Notes: generated by a model from the letters alone, not told the origin. A stretch of DNA of 64,000 bases from an uncultured Gemmatimonadaceae bacterium (GCA_963843845.1 CAWJMB010000002.1:128001-192000); one strand, 5' to 3'; shown: positions 28,151 through 40,288, counted from the first letter of the stretch. Made by a program: numbers and translations.

Positions 28151-29989
28151 GTGAGACACTTCCTGCCCGCCGCGCTCCTCGCGCTCCCCGCCGCCGCGTT
28201 CGCGCAGGGCGCCAACCCTGCCGCGCCGAGCCCCGACCCGCGCGTGGGGCTCACGGCCGGCTGGTTCGACGCCGGCGAGGCGATCTGGAACCTCCGCAAG
28301 GTCTCCGCGACGCGCCCGTCGAAGGACTTCATCAACGAGACGACGCCCGGCGACGCGCGGCTCAAGAACTCCGACCTCGCCTTCACCGGGAACCTCGTGT
28401 TCCAGGGGAACTACAGTGGCTGGCAGGTCTGGGACATCGCGAACCCCGCGCGGCCCGTGCTGCGGACCGCGTACGTCTGTCCGGGCTCGCAGAGCGACGT
28501 CACCGTCTACGGCAAGCTGTTGTTCGTCTCCGCCGAGGCGACGAGCGGGCGCACCGACTGTGGGCTCGGCGGCGTGAACGAGCCGGTGAGCACGGTGCGG
28601 GCGCGCGGCATCCGCATCTTCGACATCAGCGACGTCGCCAAGCCGAAGTCGGTCGCGATCGTGCAGACGTGCCGCGGGTCGCACACGAACACGCTCGTCA
28701 CCGACCCGAAGGACACGGAGAACATCTACGTCTACGTCTCCGGGTCCGCCGCCGTGCGCTCGGCGCAGGAGCTTCCGGGCTGCTCGGGCGCGGACCTCAC
28801 CGAGGACCCGAACTCGGCGCTGTTCCGCATCGAGGTCATCAAGGTGCCGCTCGCGCACCCGGAGCGCGCGGCGATCGTCTCCTCGCCTCGCATCTTCCAG
28901 GACCTCGCCGCGCCGCCGCGCCACGACGAGATGCCGGCCGACGTCGCCGCGTCTGCGGCCGCGCGTGCCGCGCGAGCGCCGGCGCCGGCGGGTGGCGAGG
29001 CTCCCGAGGCCGCAGCGCCGCGCCGCCCACAGTCGCGCGGCGGCCCGACCCAGTGCCACGACATCACCGTCTATCCGGCGATCGGGCTGGCCGGCGGCGC
29101 GTGCGGCGGCTACGGACTGTTGCTCGACATCAGCGACGTGGCCCACCCGAAGCGCATCGGCGCCGTCGCCGACTCCAACTTCTCGTTCTGGCACTCGGCG
29201 ACGTTCAGCAACGACGGCCGGAAAGTGCTCTTCTCCGACGAGTGGGGGGGCGGCACGGCGCCGCGCTGCCGCTCGACCGACAGGCCGGAGTGGGGCGCCG
29301 ACGCGATCTTCACGCTGAACGACCGGAAGGAGTTCCAGTTCGAGAGCTACTACAAGCTCCCCGCCGCGCAGACGCCGGAGGAGAACTGCGTCGCGCACAA
29401 CGGAACGCTGATCCCGATCCCGGGGCGCGAGGTCATGGTGCAGTCGTGGTATCAGGGCGGACTGTCGCTGTTCGACTGGACCGACCCGAAGCGTCCGATC
29501 GAGATCGCCTACTTCGACCGCGGCCCGATGGACGCGACGCGGCTCACGAGCGCCGGCTACTGGTCGTCGTACTGGTACAACGGGTACATCGTCGCCTCCG
29601 AGATCGCGCGCGGCCTCGACCTCTTCGAACTGACGCCGAGCGCGTGGCTGTCGCAGAACGAGATCGACGCGGCGAAGACGGTGCGCTTCGACCACTTCAA
29701 CGCGCAGGAGCAGCCGAAGCTCGTCTGGCCGGCGACGTTCGCGATGCCGCGCGCGTTCCTCGACCAGCTCGAGCGCTCGCAGGGACTGTCGGCGGCGCGC
29801 CTCGCGTCGGTGCGCGCGGAGCTGACGCGGGTCGAGAAGCTCTCGGGCGCCGCGCGGCGCGACGCGCTCGCGGCGCTCTCGACGGCGCTGCACGCGGAGG
29901 CGCGGTCGTCGTCGGACGCGGCGAAGGCGCACATGCTGGCGAGCGCGGTCGGCGATCTCGCGACGGCTGGCGTGCGCGTCACCAAGTAA
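28151..29989 (+). CDS. Secreted LVIVD-repeat protein
   Basis: NSDLAF, CPGSQSDV, CRGSHT, CHDITV, HSATF, ENCVAHNG; typically paired with DUF305. Confidence 0.88.
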   Translation: MRHFLPAALLALPAAAFAQGANPAAPSPDPRVGLTAGWFDAGEAIWNLRKVSATRPSKDFINETTPGDARLKNSDLAFTGNLVFQGNYSGWQVWDIANPARPVLRTAYVCPGSQSDVTVYGKLLFVSAEATSGRTDCGLGGVNEPVSTVRARGIRIFDISDVAKPKSVAIVQTCRGSHTNTLVTDPKDTENIYVYVSGSAAVRSAQELPGCSGADLTEDPNSALFRIEVIKVPLAHPERAAIVSSPRIFQDLAAPPRHDEMPADVAASAAARAARAPAPAGGEAPEAAAPRRPQSRGGPTQCHDITVYPAIGLAGGACGGYGLLLDISDVAHPKRIGAVADSNFSFWHSATFSNDGRKVLFSDEWGGGTAPRCRSTDRPEWGADAIFTLNDRKEFQFESYYKLPAAQTPEENCVAHNGTLIPIPGREVMVQSWYQGGLSLFDWTDPKRPIEIAYFDRGPMDATRLTSAGYWSSYWYNGYIVASEIARGLDLFELTPSAWLSQNEIDAAKTVRFDHFNAQEQPKLVWPATFAMPRAFLDQLERSQGLSAARLASVRAELTRVEKLSGAARRDALAALSTALHAEARSSSDAAKAHMLASAVGDLATAGVRVTK

Positions 29990-29997
29990 GCCGGACG

Positions 29998-30405
29998 GTG
30001 CCCGAGACCCGGGTCGGCGTCGGCGTCCTCGTCGTCCGCGACGGCCGCGTACTGCTCGGCCTGCGTCGCGGCAGCCACGGCGCCGGCACGTGGGCGCCGC
30101 CGGGCGGCCACCTCGAGTCGGACGAGACCGTCGAGCAGTGCGCGCGGCGCGAGGCCGAGGAGGAGACCGGCCTCGCGTTAGGCACCGTGTCGCGCGGCCC
30201 GTACGCGGTGAACGACTTCCCCGAGATCCCGGCGCGCTACGTCACGCTGCTCGTGCTCGCTGATGGCGCCGAGGGGGAGCCGCGCGTCATGGAGCCGGCG
30301 AAGTGCGAGCGGTGGGCGTGGTTCGCCTGGGACGCGCTCCCCGAGCCGCTGTTCGCGCCGCTCGCCTCGCTCGTGCGCGGCGGGTGGCGCCCGGACGGGG
30401 TGTAG
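29998..30405 (+). CDS. NUDIX hydrolase (NUDT15-like)
   Basis: PGGHLESDETVEQCARREAEEETGL; EPAKCERW.WF.W..LP.PLF. Confidence 0.9.
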   Translation: MPETRVGVGVLVVRDGRVLLGLRRGSHGAGTWAPPGGHLESDETVEQCARREAEEETGLALGTVSRGPYAVNDFPEIPARYVTLLVLADGAEGEPRVMEPAKCERWAWFAWDALPEPLFAPLASLVRGGWRPDGV

Positions 30406-30479
30406 CCCGTAGCGTGCCGCCTGTGGCCGCCGCGCGCGTCGAGCGAGATTGCTCGCTCACCCTCCGACCGTCCGCCGAC

Positions 30480-31025
30480 ATGCCCGACACGCTCTCCCCG
30501 CTCCAGTCGATCGCCCGCGACCTGCGCGCCGACCGCGAGGTGCTCCGCGCCGCCGTCGACGCCGTCCCGCCGGCGCTGCGCGCGACGCGCCCCGCCCCCG
30601 ACCGCTGGTCGGTGGCCGAGATCCTCGAGCACGTGGCCATGGTCGAGACGCGCACCGCGACGATGCTCGACGCGCGGCTCGCCGAAGCGCCGCCGCGCGA
30701 CACGAGCGCGCAGACGGCGCCCACGCCGTTCGACCGGCTGGGGATGCGCGACCGCACGCGCCCATTCCCCGCGCCGGACTTCGTGCAGCCGACGGGGGCC
30801 GCGGGCGGGGCGGACGCGGCGTGGGCCGCGCTCGAGCAGACATGGCGCGCGATCGACGCGCTGCTCGCGAAGGCGGACGGGCTCGACCTCGCCGCCGTCA
30901 CGCGCCAGCACCCGGCGCTCGGCCACATCGACGGCTATCAGTGGCTCACGTCGCTCGGCGGCCACGCGCTGCGGCACGCGGAGCAGATCCGCGAGATCGG
31001 GGAAGCGTTGGGCGCCTCGGCCTGA
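30480..31025 (+). CDS. DinB-family protein
   Basis: WSVAEILEHV, HPALG, H..RH.EQI. Confidence 0.85.
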   Translation: MPDTLSPLQSIARDLRADREVLRAAVDAVPPALRATRPAPDRWSVAEILEHVAMVETRTATMLDARLAEAPPRDTSAQTAPTPFDRLGMRDRTRPFPAPDFVQPTGAAGGADAAWAALEQTWRAIDALLAKADGLDLAAVTRQHPALGHIDGYQWLTSLGGHALRHAEQIREIGEALGASA

Positions 31026-31048
31026 CGGGCGACGGGCGAGGCGCGGGC

Positions 31049-31219
31049 GTGCGCGCCCTGCTGTTCGGCGCGACCGGCATGGTCGGCCAGCCGGCCGGGA
31101 GGGCGCGCACCGAGCACCGCGCGTGGTTCGCGGCGGCCTCGGCGCTCGCGCGGAGCCCGTTCCACCGCGGCTTCCGGGTGTTCCCGGCGGGGGCGGCGTG
31201 GCTGCCGTACCCGCCGTAG
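31049..31219 (+). pseudogene. Fragment of an NAD-dependent epimerase N-terminus fused to unrelated sequence
   Basis: VRALLFGATGMVGQ Rossmann start, then the sequence abruptly diverges. Confidence 0.5.
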
Positions 31220-31270
31220 CGGGCGGGTGACCGGAGGTTAGAGTTCGGGACCCTCCACCCCCCGCCGCCC

Positions 31271-31909
31271 ATGTCGACTCGCCCCTCCCTCGCGCGCCCC
31301 GCCCTCGTCCGCCTCGCCTCGCTCGGCGCCCTCGGCGCGATGTCCTCCGCGCTCGCCGCGCCCGCCGTCGCGCAGCCGGCGTCGCTGCCGACGCCCGACC
31401 AGCAGATCGCCGCCGCCGTGCAGGCGCTCCCGAAGGACCTGCGCGCCGGCGCGACCGTCATGGGCTATCGCACCGCCGCCGGCAAGCTCGAGATCCTGCG
31501 CAGGGGCACGAACTCGATGACGTGTCTCGCGCAGTTCGCCGTCGAGCCGAACTTCCACGTCTCGTGCTATCACGACGGGCTCGAGCCGTTCATGGCCCGC
31601 GGTCGCGCGCTGCGCGACGAAGGCGTCGCGGGGGCGCAGGTCGACAGCGTGCGCTTCCGCGAGGTGGCGAGCGGCAAGCTCGCGATGCCGAAGCAGGGCG
31701 CGCTCTATCAGCTGTTCGGCACGAAGACGAGCTGGAACGCGAGCACCGGCGCGCTGACCGACGTGAAGCCGCTGATGGTGATGTACATCCCCGGCGCGAC
31801 GGTGGCGAGCACCGGTCTCTCGCCGGCGCCGTCGCAGACGAGCCCGTGGATCATGTTCCCCGGTACACCGAAGGCGCACATCATGATCACGGGGACGATG
31901 ACCCCCTGA
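31271..31909 (+). CDS. Secreted hypothetical protein
   Basis: Signal peptide; A..ALP.DLRAGATV, GTNSMTC, PWIMFPGTPKAHIMI. Confidence 0.75.
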   Translation: MSTRPSLARPALVRLASLGALGAMSSALAAPAVAQPASLPTPDQQIAAAVQALPKDLRAGATVMGYRTAAGKLEILRRGTNSMTCLAQFAVEPNFHVSCYHDGLEPFMARGRALRDEGVAGAQVDSVRFREVASGKLAMPKQGALYQLFGTKTSWNASTGALTDVKPLMVMYIPGATVASTGLSPAPSQTSPWIMFPGTPKAHIMITGTMTP

Positions 31910-32048
31910 GTCGAGGTGTGTCGACCGTCGCCCTCGCGACCGGCGTCGAGCTGCACCGCTCCGCTCACGACGACCGCCACGACTCCCGTCACCACGCCCG
32001 ATCGCTCGGCCCGCACCGACGCCCTCATTTCTCCTGGAGACGCCGACC

Positions 32049-32510
32049 ATGTCCACCTCGCAGGCCCCCGCGCCGACGATCAGGTCCCCCGGCACGGCGC
32101 CGGCGACGCCGCGCAAGCTGTTCGTCAACATCACCGTGCGCGACGTGCAGCGCTCGATCGATTTCTTCGAGGCGCTCGGCTTCACGTTCAACGCGCAGTT
32201 CACCGACGCCACCGCGACGGCGATGCTCGTCGGCGAGGATGCGTACGTCATGCTGCTGAACCCGCAGAAGTTCGCCGGCTTCAGCCGCCGCCCGCCTGTC
32301 GACCCGCACCAGCAGACGGGGGCGATCTTCGCGGTGGGCGTCGAGAGCCGCGAGGCGGTCGACGCGATGGTGCACGCGGCCGTCGCCGCCGGCGGGTCGC
32401 ACGCACTCGAGCCGCAGGACCACGGCTTCATGTACGGCTGGAGCTTCTACGACCTCGACGGACACCACTGGGAGGTGTTCTGGATGGACCCGAGCGTCGT
32501 GATGGGCTGA
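32049..32510 (+). CDS. VOC/glyoxalase family protein
   Basis: FVNITVRDV.RS..FF.ALGF, DHGFMYGWSFYDLDGHHWEV. Confidence 0.9.
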   Translation: MSTSQAPAPTIRSPGTAPATPRKLFVNITVRDVQRSIDFFEALGFTFNAQFTDATATAMLVGEDAYVMLLNPQKFAGFSRRPPVDPHQQTGAIFAVGVESREAVDAMVHAAVAAGGSHALEPQDHGFMYGWSFYDLDGHHWEVFWMDPSVVMG

Positions 32511-32560
32511 GCCATCACCGCGTTCAGGCACCATGGCGACGCTTCACTCGGAGGACATCC

Positions 32561-33067
32561 ATGCCCCTCGCTGACCTGCTCGTGCGAGAGCTCGACGAAG
32601 AGATGGCGACGACGCGCCGCGTGCTCGAGCGCGTTCCGGACGACGACCGCGGTCAGTGGAAGCCGCACCCGAAGTCGTTCCCGATGGGACACCTCGCGCA
32701 GCTCGTGTCGCGCATGCCGAGCTGGCTCACGATGATGATGCAGGCGACGGAGTTCGACATCGCGCCGAAGGAGGGTGGCGGCCCGGGCTACACCTTCGAG
32801 AAGACCGAGCGGCTGCTGGCGGAGTTCGACCGGAACGTCGCCGCCGGCCGCGCCGCGCTCGCCGCGGGGAGCGACGCCGACTACGACGTGCCGTGGACGC
32901 TGAAGGCGGCGGGCCACGACGTCGGCCACGGCAGCCGGTACCAGATGATCCGCTCGACGGTGCTGAATCACTTGGTGCACCACCGTGCGCAGCTCGGCGT
33001 CTACCTGCGCCTCGTCGATGTGCCGGTCCCGCAGATGTACGGGCCGACGGCGGACGAACGTGGCTGA
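32561..33067 (+). CDS. DinB-family protein
   Basis: TRRVLERVP, WKPHPKS, NHLVHHRAQLGVYLRL..VP..YGP. Confidence 0.9.
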   Translation: MPLADLLVRELDEEMATTRRVLERVPDDDRGQWKPHPKSFPMGHLAQLVSRMPSWLTMMMQATEFDIAPKEGGGPGYTFEKTERLLAEFDRNVAAGRAALAAGSDADYDVPWTLKAAGHDVGHGSRYQMIRSTVLNHLVHHRAQLGVYLRLVDVPVPQMYGPTADERG

Positions 33068-34055
33068 CGCGTCGCACGCGCCCGACGGACTGCTGCGGCG
33101 CGTCGCGACGGTCGGCCTCGCGCTCGTCGTCGGCGCGTGCGCGTCGGCCGGGGGGCGCGGGCCGGCGAGCCCGCTCCCGGCCGGCGTCGAGGGGATCTCG
33201 CTGCTGGGTGACACGCTGCGCGCGTTCCCGCTCACTCCCGACGTCCGCGCGCGCTACGAGCGGCAACTGGCCGAGGCGCGCGGGGCGTACGAGCGCGCGC
33301 CGCGGAACGCCGACTCGATCGTCTGGTACGGCCGCCGCCTCGCGTACCTCGGCCGGCTGCGCGAGTCGATCGACGTGTTCTCGCGCGGCGTCGCGATCCA
33401 CCCGACCGACCCGTGGCTCTACCGCCACCGCGGGCACCGCTACATCAGCGTGCGCGATCTCGACCGCGCGATCGTCGACCTCGAGCGCGCGACGCGGCTC
33501 GTCGAGGGGCGCCCGGACGTCGTGGAGCCGGATGGGCAGCCGAACGCGACGAACACGCCGATCGGCACCCTCCAGTCGAACATCGCCTACCACCTCGGGC
33601 TCGCGTACTACCTCAAAGGCGACTTCACCCACGCGGCCGAGGTGTTCGGGCGCGAGGTGCAGAACGCGCGCAACAACGACCGTCTCGTGTCCGCGCTCAA
33701 CTGGTACTACATGAGCCTTCGCCGACTCGGCCGCGACGTCGAGGCGGAGGAGGCGCTGGTGCCGATCCAGCGACAGACGCCGGTGATCGAGAACGGCGTC
33801 TATCACCGACTGCTGCTGCTCTACAAGGGAGCGCTGCCGCCGGACTCGCTGCTCGCGGTCGCGCCGAACGGGCAGATGTCGGTGACCGACGCGACGGCGG
33901 CGTACGGGGTGGCGAACTGGCACTTCATCAACGGGCGGCGCGCGGAGGCGGAGCGGCTGTTCCGGCAGATCCTCGCCGGCGGGCAGTGGGGGGCGTTCGG
34001 GTACATCGCGTCGGAGGCGGAAGTCGCGCGGATGACTGGGAGGGGCCCTCGGTGA
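33060..34055 (+). CDS. TPR-repeat lipoprotein
   Basis: LVVGAC lipobox; GRRLAYLGR, YRHRGHRYI, YHLGLAYYLKG. Confidence 0.8.
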   Translation: MADASHAPDGLLRRVATVGLALVVGACASAGGRGPASPLPAGVEGISLLGDTLRAFPLTPDVRARYERQLAEARGAYERAPRNADSIVWYGRRLAYLGRLRESIDVFSRGVAIHPTDPWLYRHRGHRYISVRDLDRAIVDLERATRLVEGRPDVVEPDGQPNATNTPIGTLQSNIAYHLGLAYYLKGDFTHAAEVFGREVQNARNNDRLVSALNWYYMSLRRLGRDVEAEEALVPIQRQTPVIENGVYHRLLLLYKGALPPDSLLAVAPNGQMSVTDATAAYGVANWHFINGRRAEAERLFRQILAGGQWGAFGYIASEAEVARMTGRGPR

Positions 34056-34207
34056 CGCCGTCGAGGGCGGGGTCGGTCCAGCGGGGTCGGTGCGACGCTG
34101 ACCGTACGGCGTGGCAGCGCCGCCGGTGAAGCGCTGGCGGTACAGCGGCTCACCGCCCGCGCCGTATCGCCGGCGCTTCTGCGGTGCATCGACCCCGCCG
34201 TGACCCG

Positions 34208-34711
34208 ATGGTTTCGCAGACCGTAGCAACGTCGGAGCGCCTCACCCTTCGGCGCGTCACCGTCGCCGACGCCCCGTTCCTGCTCACGCTCCTGAACGAT
34301 CCCTCGTTCCACGCCTTCATCGGCGACCGCGGCGTCCGCACCCTCGACGACGCGCAGCGATACGCCGAGGAGCGCATGCTCGCGAGCTACGCCGCGCGCG
34401 GGTTCGGGATGTACCTCGTCGCCTCGCGCGCGAGCGGCGAGCCGTTCGGCCTCTGCGGTCTCGTGCGTCGCGACACGCTCCCCGAGCCGGACCTCGGCTT
34501 CGCGTTGCTGCCGGCGTACTGGGGGCAGGGATACGCACGCGAGGCGGCGGCGCTCGTGCTCGACCATGCGCGCGACGACATCGGACTGGAGCGCGTCGCG
34601 GCGATCGTGAAACCCGACAACGCGGCGTCGATCCGGCTGCTCGAGCGGCTCGGCTTCGTGCGCGACGGAGAGGAGCGAGAGGGGCTGCTCTATCTGAGCA
34701 AGAAGTTGTGA
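34208..34711 (+). CDS. GNAT acetyltransferase (RimJ/RimL-like)
   Basis: ERLTLR, DLGFALLPAYWGQGYA, NAASIRLLERLGF. Confidence 0.88.
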   Translation: MVSQTVATSERLTLRRVTVADAPFLLTLLNDPSFHAFIGDRGVRTLDDAQRYAEERMLASYAARGFGMYLVASRASGEPFGLCGLVRRDTLPEPDLGFALLPAYWGQGYAREAAALVLDHARDDIGLERVAAIVKPDNAASIRLLERLGFVRDGEEREGLLYLSKKL

Positions 34712-34738
34712 GGCCGGACGGTCACCCCTCGCTCTTCG

Positions 34739-36024
<1,286 letters not shown>

Positions 36025-36028
<4 letters not shown>

Positions 36029-36765
36029 GGCAGCGTGCGGATGCGCACGTTGCGCAGGTCGAGCGTGCCGCCGTGGTCGCCCTGGATCGCGAGCAGCCCG
36101 CTCGCCGCGCGGCCGTAGTGCGGCCACTCCTTGAACTTGCTCGCCGCGACCTTCCCCTCCCAGTCCGGGCTCCACGCCGTGTACTCGACGATCTTGCGCC
36201 CGTTCAACCAGTGCTCGACGTGCGCGCCGTTCGCGACGATGCGCGACATGTTCCACTCGCCGGCCGGCAACGCCACGCCGGCCGGCGGCGCGTAGAGGCC
36301 GTACGCCGCGCCCGCCGAGGTGAGCGCGTTCCGGCCGTCGGGGTGGCCGGCGTTGTCGAGTAGCTGATACTCGGTCGCGCTCCAGTAGACCTTCTCGTAT
36401 TCCTCGCTCGCGCGGTAGAACACGCCGGCGTTGCCTCCCGGCTCGAGCTTCCACTCGAACTCGAACTCGAAGTTGCCGAACTGGTCGCGCGTGACGATGT
36501 CGTCGGAGCGCCCGGACTTCTGGAGCATGCCGTTCACCTCGCGCCACCCCGACGGGAGCGTGTCGGCCTTGTAGCCGCGCCAGGCGCTCAGCGTGTTCAG
36601 CGACCGCCAGTCGCCGGCCGCGGCGGAGGGGCGGATCGTGGTGTTCACCACCGTGCTCGTCGTGGAGGTGGTCGACGTCGGTGTCGCGGGGCGGCTCGTC
36701 GCGGCGCGCGGGCTCGACGCGCAGGCGGTGAGGGCGAGGGCAGAGACGATCGTCAGGCGGCGCAT
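36025..36765 (-). CDS. DUF1080 (3-keto-disaccharide hydrolase) lipoprotein
   Basis: [40 protein letters not shown]. Confidence 0.9.
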
Positions 36766-36826
36766 GGCGGTGTATGACGGCGGTGAACGGCGTCGGCGCG
36801 GACGGCGGTGACGTGTGGCGGGTTCC

Positions 36827-38422
36827 TCAGACGACCCACCCGTTTCGGTACGGCCGCGACAGATACTGATTCGCGTCCGGCGCGTTCGTGAAGCGCATCT
36901 CCGCTCCGTCGTACAGCAGCTTCTTGCCCTGGCCGGCGCGCAGCGCGGCGACGCCCAACAGCATCGTCTCGGTGAGCATCGCGGCGTACTCGAACGGCGA
37001 GCTCGCGCTCCCCTCGCCCTTGCACGCCTTCGCCCAGTTCATCTCGTGCGACTCGGCGATCCGCGGCACCGACAGCTTCACCTTCTCCGCCGCCTGCTGC
37101 GCCATCGAGTCGGGATAGATCTTCGGATTGTTGCCGTACGTCTCGTAGGTGAGGATCCCCTTCGTCCCGATGAAGACACCGCCGCCGCCGTCTCCCCCCA
37201 CGAGGCGCACGTCGTCGGGGAGGAAGGGCGGGCGCGGCGGCAGCAGCCCGCTGTCGTACCAGAACAGCTTCAGCGCCGGCATGGAGCGCCCCCGCGCCGC
37301 GAACTCGTACTCCGCCGTCATCGCGAGCGGGTACGACGCCGGCCGCTCCGCCGAGCCGCCCCACATGGTGCTCGACGCGGTGACGCTCGTCGGGTACGAC
37401 AGATCGAGCGCCCAGAACGGCTGGTCGATGAGATGCGCGCCCATGTCGCCGATCGCGCTCACGCCGAAGTCGACCCACCCGCGCCAGCTGAACGGGTGAT
37501 ATGCCGGGTGGTACGGCGTCTCCGGCGCGGGGCCCAGCCACAGATCCCAGTGAAGGCCCAACGGCGGCGTCTGCGGGTTCGCGGCCATGGCGGCGATGAC
37601 CGCATTGTCGACCGTGCGCACGTTCCAGCGCGGCGGCGCGGCGGGGCCGGGATAGGGGGGCGGCGCGGGCGGCGCGTTCGCCGGCGGCGGGGCGGGGGGC
37701 GGGTAGGTCGTGCCGGGGCGCGGAATGCCCTGCGCCCAGTAGCGCACGGGGCGGTCCGTCCACACGTGCACCTCGCTGATCGGCCCGAGGATGCCCGACT
37801 GGATGATCTCACGGATGCGGCGCGTGCCGTCCTGCGAGTGTCCCTGGTTCCCCATCTGCGTGGCGACTTTCTGCTCGTTCGCGAGCTTCGCCAGCACGCG
37901 CGCCTCGTGAACCGAGTACGTGAGCGGCTTCTGCACGTAGACGTGCTTGCCGAGCTGCATCGCGCTCTTCGCGATGATCGCGTGCGCGTGGTCGGGCGTC
38001 GCGACGACGACGGCGTCGATGTTCTTCTGCCGGTCGAGCATCTCGCGGAAGTCGGCGAACTTCGTCGCCCTGTCGTACGATGCCTGGAGCTTCGCGTTCT
38101 CCGGCGAGACGGTGCCGCCGCGCGGGTGCGTGCGCCCCCACAGCCCGCGCTCGACGAACGGGAAGTCGACGTCGCACACGGCGACGACGTTCTCTCCCCC
38201 CGTCACGAGCTGCTGCATGTTGCTCATTCCCATCCCGCCGATGCCGACGCACGCCACGTTCAGCGTGTCGCTCGGCGCCTGGTAGCCCGGGCCGCCCAAC
38301 ACGTGGCGGGGAACGATCATCGGGGCCACGGCACCGACGGCGATCGCGGCGCTGGTGCCGACGAAGTCGCGGCGGGTGACGGCCGGCGGAGGAGGCAGGG
38401 CAGGGTCGGACGACTCGGACAT
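36827..38422 (-). CDS. Tat-exported Gfo/Idh/MocA oxidoreductase
   Basis: RRDF Tat motif, GIGGMG, ATPDHAH, YVQKPL, QMGNQ, GDMGAH. Confidence 0.9.
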   Translation of the reverse strand: MSESSDPALPPPPAVTRRDFVGTSAAIAVGAVAPMIVPRHVLGGPGYQAPSDTLNVACVGIGGMGMSNMQQLVTGGENVVAVCDVDFPFVERGLWGRTHPRGGTVSPENAKLQASYDRATKFADFREMLDRQKNIDAVVVATPDHAHAIIAKSAMQLGKHVYVQKPLTYSVHEARVLAKLANEQKVATQMGNQGHSQDGTRRIREIIQSGILGPISEVHVWTDRPVRYWAQGIPRPGTTYPPPAPPPANAPPAPPPYPGPAAPPRWNVRTVDNAVIAAMAANPQTPPLGLHWDLWLGPAPETPYHPAYHPFSWRGWVDFGVSAIGDMGAHLIDQPFWALDLSYPTSVTASSTMWGGSAERPASYPLAMTAEYEFAARGRSMPALKLFWYDSGLLPPRPPFLPDDVRLVGGDGGGGVFIGTKGILTYETYGNNPKIYPDSMAQQAAEKVKLSVPRIAESHEMNWAKACKGEGSASSPFEYAAMLTETMLLGVAALRAGQGKKLLYDGAEMRFTNAPDANQYLSRPYRNGWVV

Positions 38423-38984
38423 CGGCGAGACTCTGGACGGAGAGTGGAGCCGGCATCATGCACCCCGGACCGACGGCGGACCAGTGGGGCGGTCGGGTCC
38501 GGCGGTGGGAGAGGACGGTACGTGGGGAACCGCACGGCCGGAAGAGCCCTTGCCGCGCGACGCGGTCGTCGTGATCGTGATCCCGCCGCTCTCACGCCAC
38601 ACCACTCACCCGCGTCGACGGTTCGACCATGCAGCTCGCGCCGCAGAGCGAGTTCGCGCGCCGCGCACAGCACGTCGTCATCGCGCGCTGTGGCGTGCTC
38701 CTGCTGTTCTACGGCGCCATGCTGCGATCGCCTGGTCGACCTGGCGCTCCGGCGTGCCCGACGCCTACCCGAACGAGCACTGGCACGGGTCGCTCGGCAG
38801 TATTCGGGGCGCCGCACTCGTGCTCGCCAGTCCCAATTCCGTCGTTCATGGCGTCGGCGTCGCGTGCGCGGCGCGCGACGCTGTGGACGCTGTGCGCCGC
38901 CCTCATGACCGTCGTCGTGGCGAGCTTCGTCGCGCAGTCAGCGTTCACTCCGTCAGTCGCGCGTCCGCGACACCCGTGTGATCC

Positions 38985-39224
38985 ATGGTCCCGATTCTCA
39001 TTCTCGTGATGGTCGTCTGTCTCGCCGCCAGCACGTTCGTCGCCGCTCGCGGCCCGGCGAATCCCGTGGCGCGGCAGCGCCTGCGGCTGGCGCTGTCGGT
39101 GGTCGGTTTCGTGGCCGCGGCCGGTGCGGCGTGGGCCGCGGTCGCGAACGTGCAGCGGGTGCGCGCGGACCACGACGTCGATCGACGCGCCGACTCGGCG
39201 GCCGCGCCCGGTCGGACGCGGTGA
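38985..39224 (+). CDS. Small two-TM hypothetical protein
   Basis: Two hydrophobic helices, plausible codon use. Confidence 0.45.
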   Translation: MVPILILVMVVCLAASTFVAARGPANPVARQRLRLALSVVGFVAAAGAAWAAVANVQRVRADHDVDRRADSAAAPGRTR

Positions 39225-39288
39225 GCAGGGTGCGAACGTTCCCGACGATCTCGCGTCGGCGCCGGCGGCCGCAGCCAGTGAGCGGGTC

Positions 39289-40008
39289 GTGAACGAACGC
39301 CGCTTCACTGAAACCGAGGTCGCCGAGATCTTCGAGCGGGCCACGCAGGCGCCGGAGCCGGAGGCGCCCGAGCGCGCGTCGCTCCCCGCCGCCGGCGCGC
39401 TGACGCTCGCGCAGGTGCAGGCGATCGGCCGCGAGGTCGGGATCGCGCCCGAGCGCATCTCGGCCGCGGCGGCCCGGCTCGGCGACCGGGCGCCGACGAT
39501 CTCGCGCGGCGTCCTCGGCCTGCCGCTCCGCGTCGAACGGACGATCGCGCTCGACCGGCGGCTGTCCGACGAGGAGTGGGAGCGCGTCGTCACCGACCTG
39601 CGCGAGGTGTTCGACGCGCGAGGGCGGCTGGCGAGCGACGGATCGCTGCGGCAGTGGACGAACGGCAACCTGCAGGCGCTGCTCGAGCCGACGGCGACGG
39701 GGCAGCGCATCCGGCTCCGCACCTTCAAGGGGAACGCGCTCGGCTCCCTGGCGTTCGGGCTCGGACTGCTGACCACGGCGGGGGTGGGGCTGATCGGGGC
39801 CGCGTCACTCGCGACCGCCGACGTCGCGCTGCTCGCCACGCTGTCGACCGTGGGCGCCGGTGGCCTCTGGATGTCGCTCGGCACGGTGCTCCGGCTGCCG
39901 CGGTGGGCGCACCGGCGCCGCGAGCAGATGAACGAGGTCGCCGCGCGAGTCGCGCAGCTCCCGCGGCAACTCTCGCCGCAACTCCCGGAGCCGATCGACG
40001 GCGGCTGA
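39289..40008 (+). CDS. Hypothetical membrane protein
   Basis: NERRFTETEVAEIFERA, LTLAQVQAIGREVGI, RQWTNGNL, two C-terminal TM helices. Confidence 0.75.
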   Translation: MNERRFTETEVAEIFERATQAPEPEAPERASLPAAGALTLAQVQAIGREVGIAPERISAAAARLGDRAPTISRGVLGLPLRVERTIALDRRLSDEEWERVVTDLREVFDARGRLASDGSLRQWTNGNLQALLEPTATGQRIRLRTFKGNALGSLAFGLGLLTTAGVGLIGAASLATADVALLATLSTVGAGGLWMSLGTVLRLPRWAHRRREQMNEVAARVAQLPRQLSPQLPEPIDGG

Positions 40009-40084
40009 CCGTCGGGGCGAGTAGGTTGCGCAGGACGGGGCGCGCGTTCGCGCCACCGTCTACCGCCATTGCATGGAGAGCCGC

Positions 40085-40288
40085 GTGCCGAGAAAGCCCA
40101 ACTACGATTTCGAGAAGCGTCGCAAGGAGCAGGAACGGCAGGCGAAGAAGGATGCGAAGCGCGCCGAGCGCCAGCAGCGGCGCGACGACCGGCGTGGGGA
40201 GAACGGAGAGATCATCGAGGACGGCGCGGACGGAGCGGACGGAGCGACCGACGCCGGACCGCCCGATCCCGCCGCGCCGGCCGCCTGA
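40085..40288 (+). CDS. Small charged hypothetical protein
   Basis: RKPNYDFEKRRKE...; GGAGA Shine-Dalgarno upstream. Confidence 0.65.
   Translation: MPRKPNYDFEKRRKEQERQAKKDAKRAERQQRRDDRRGENGEIIEDGADGADGATDAGPPDPAAPAA

Noticed and set aside
31919..31947. TGTCGA...CGTC as an ECF sigma promoter for the VOC gene
   Set aside because: The spacer is 19 nt, longer than expected, and these words are common at this GC
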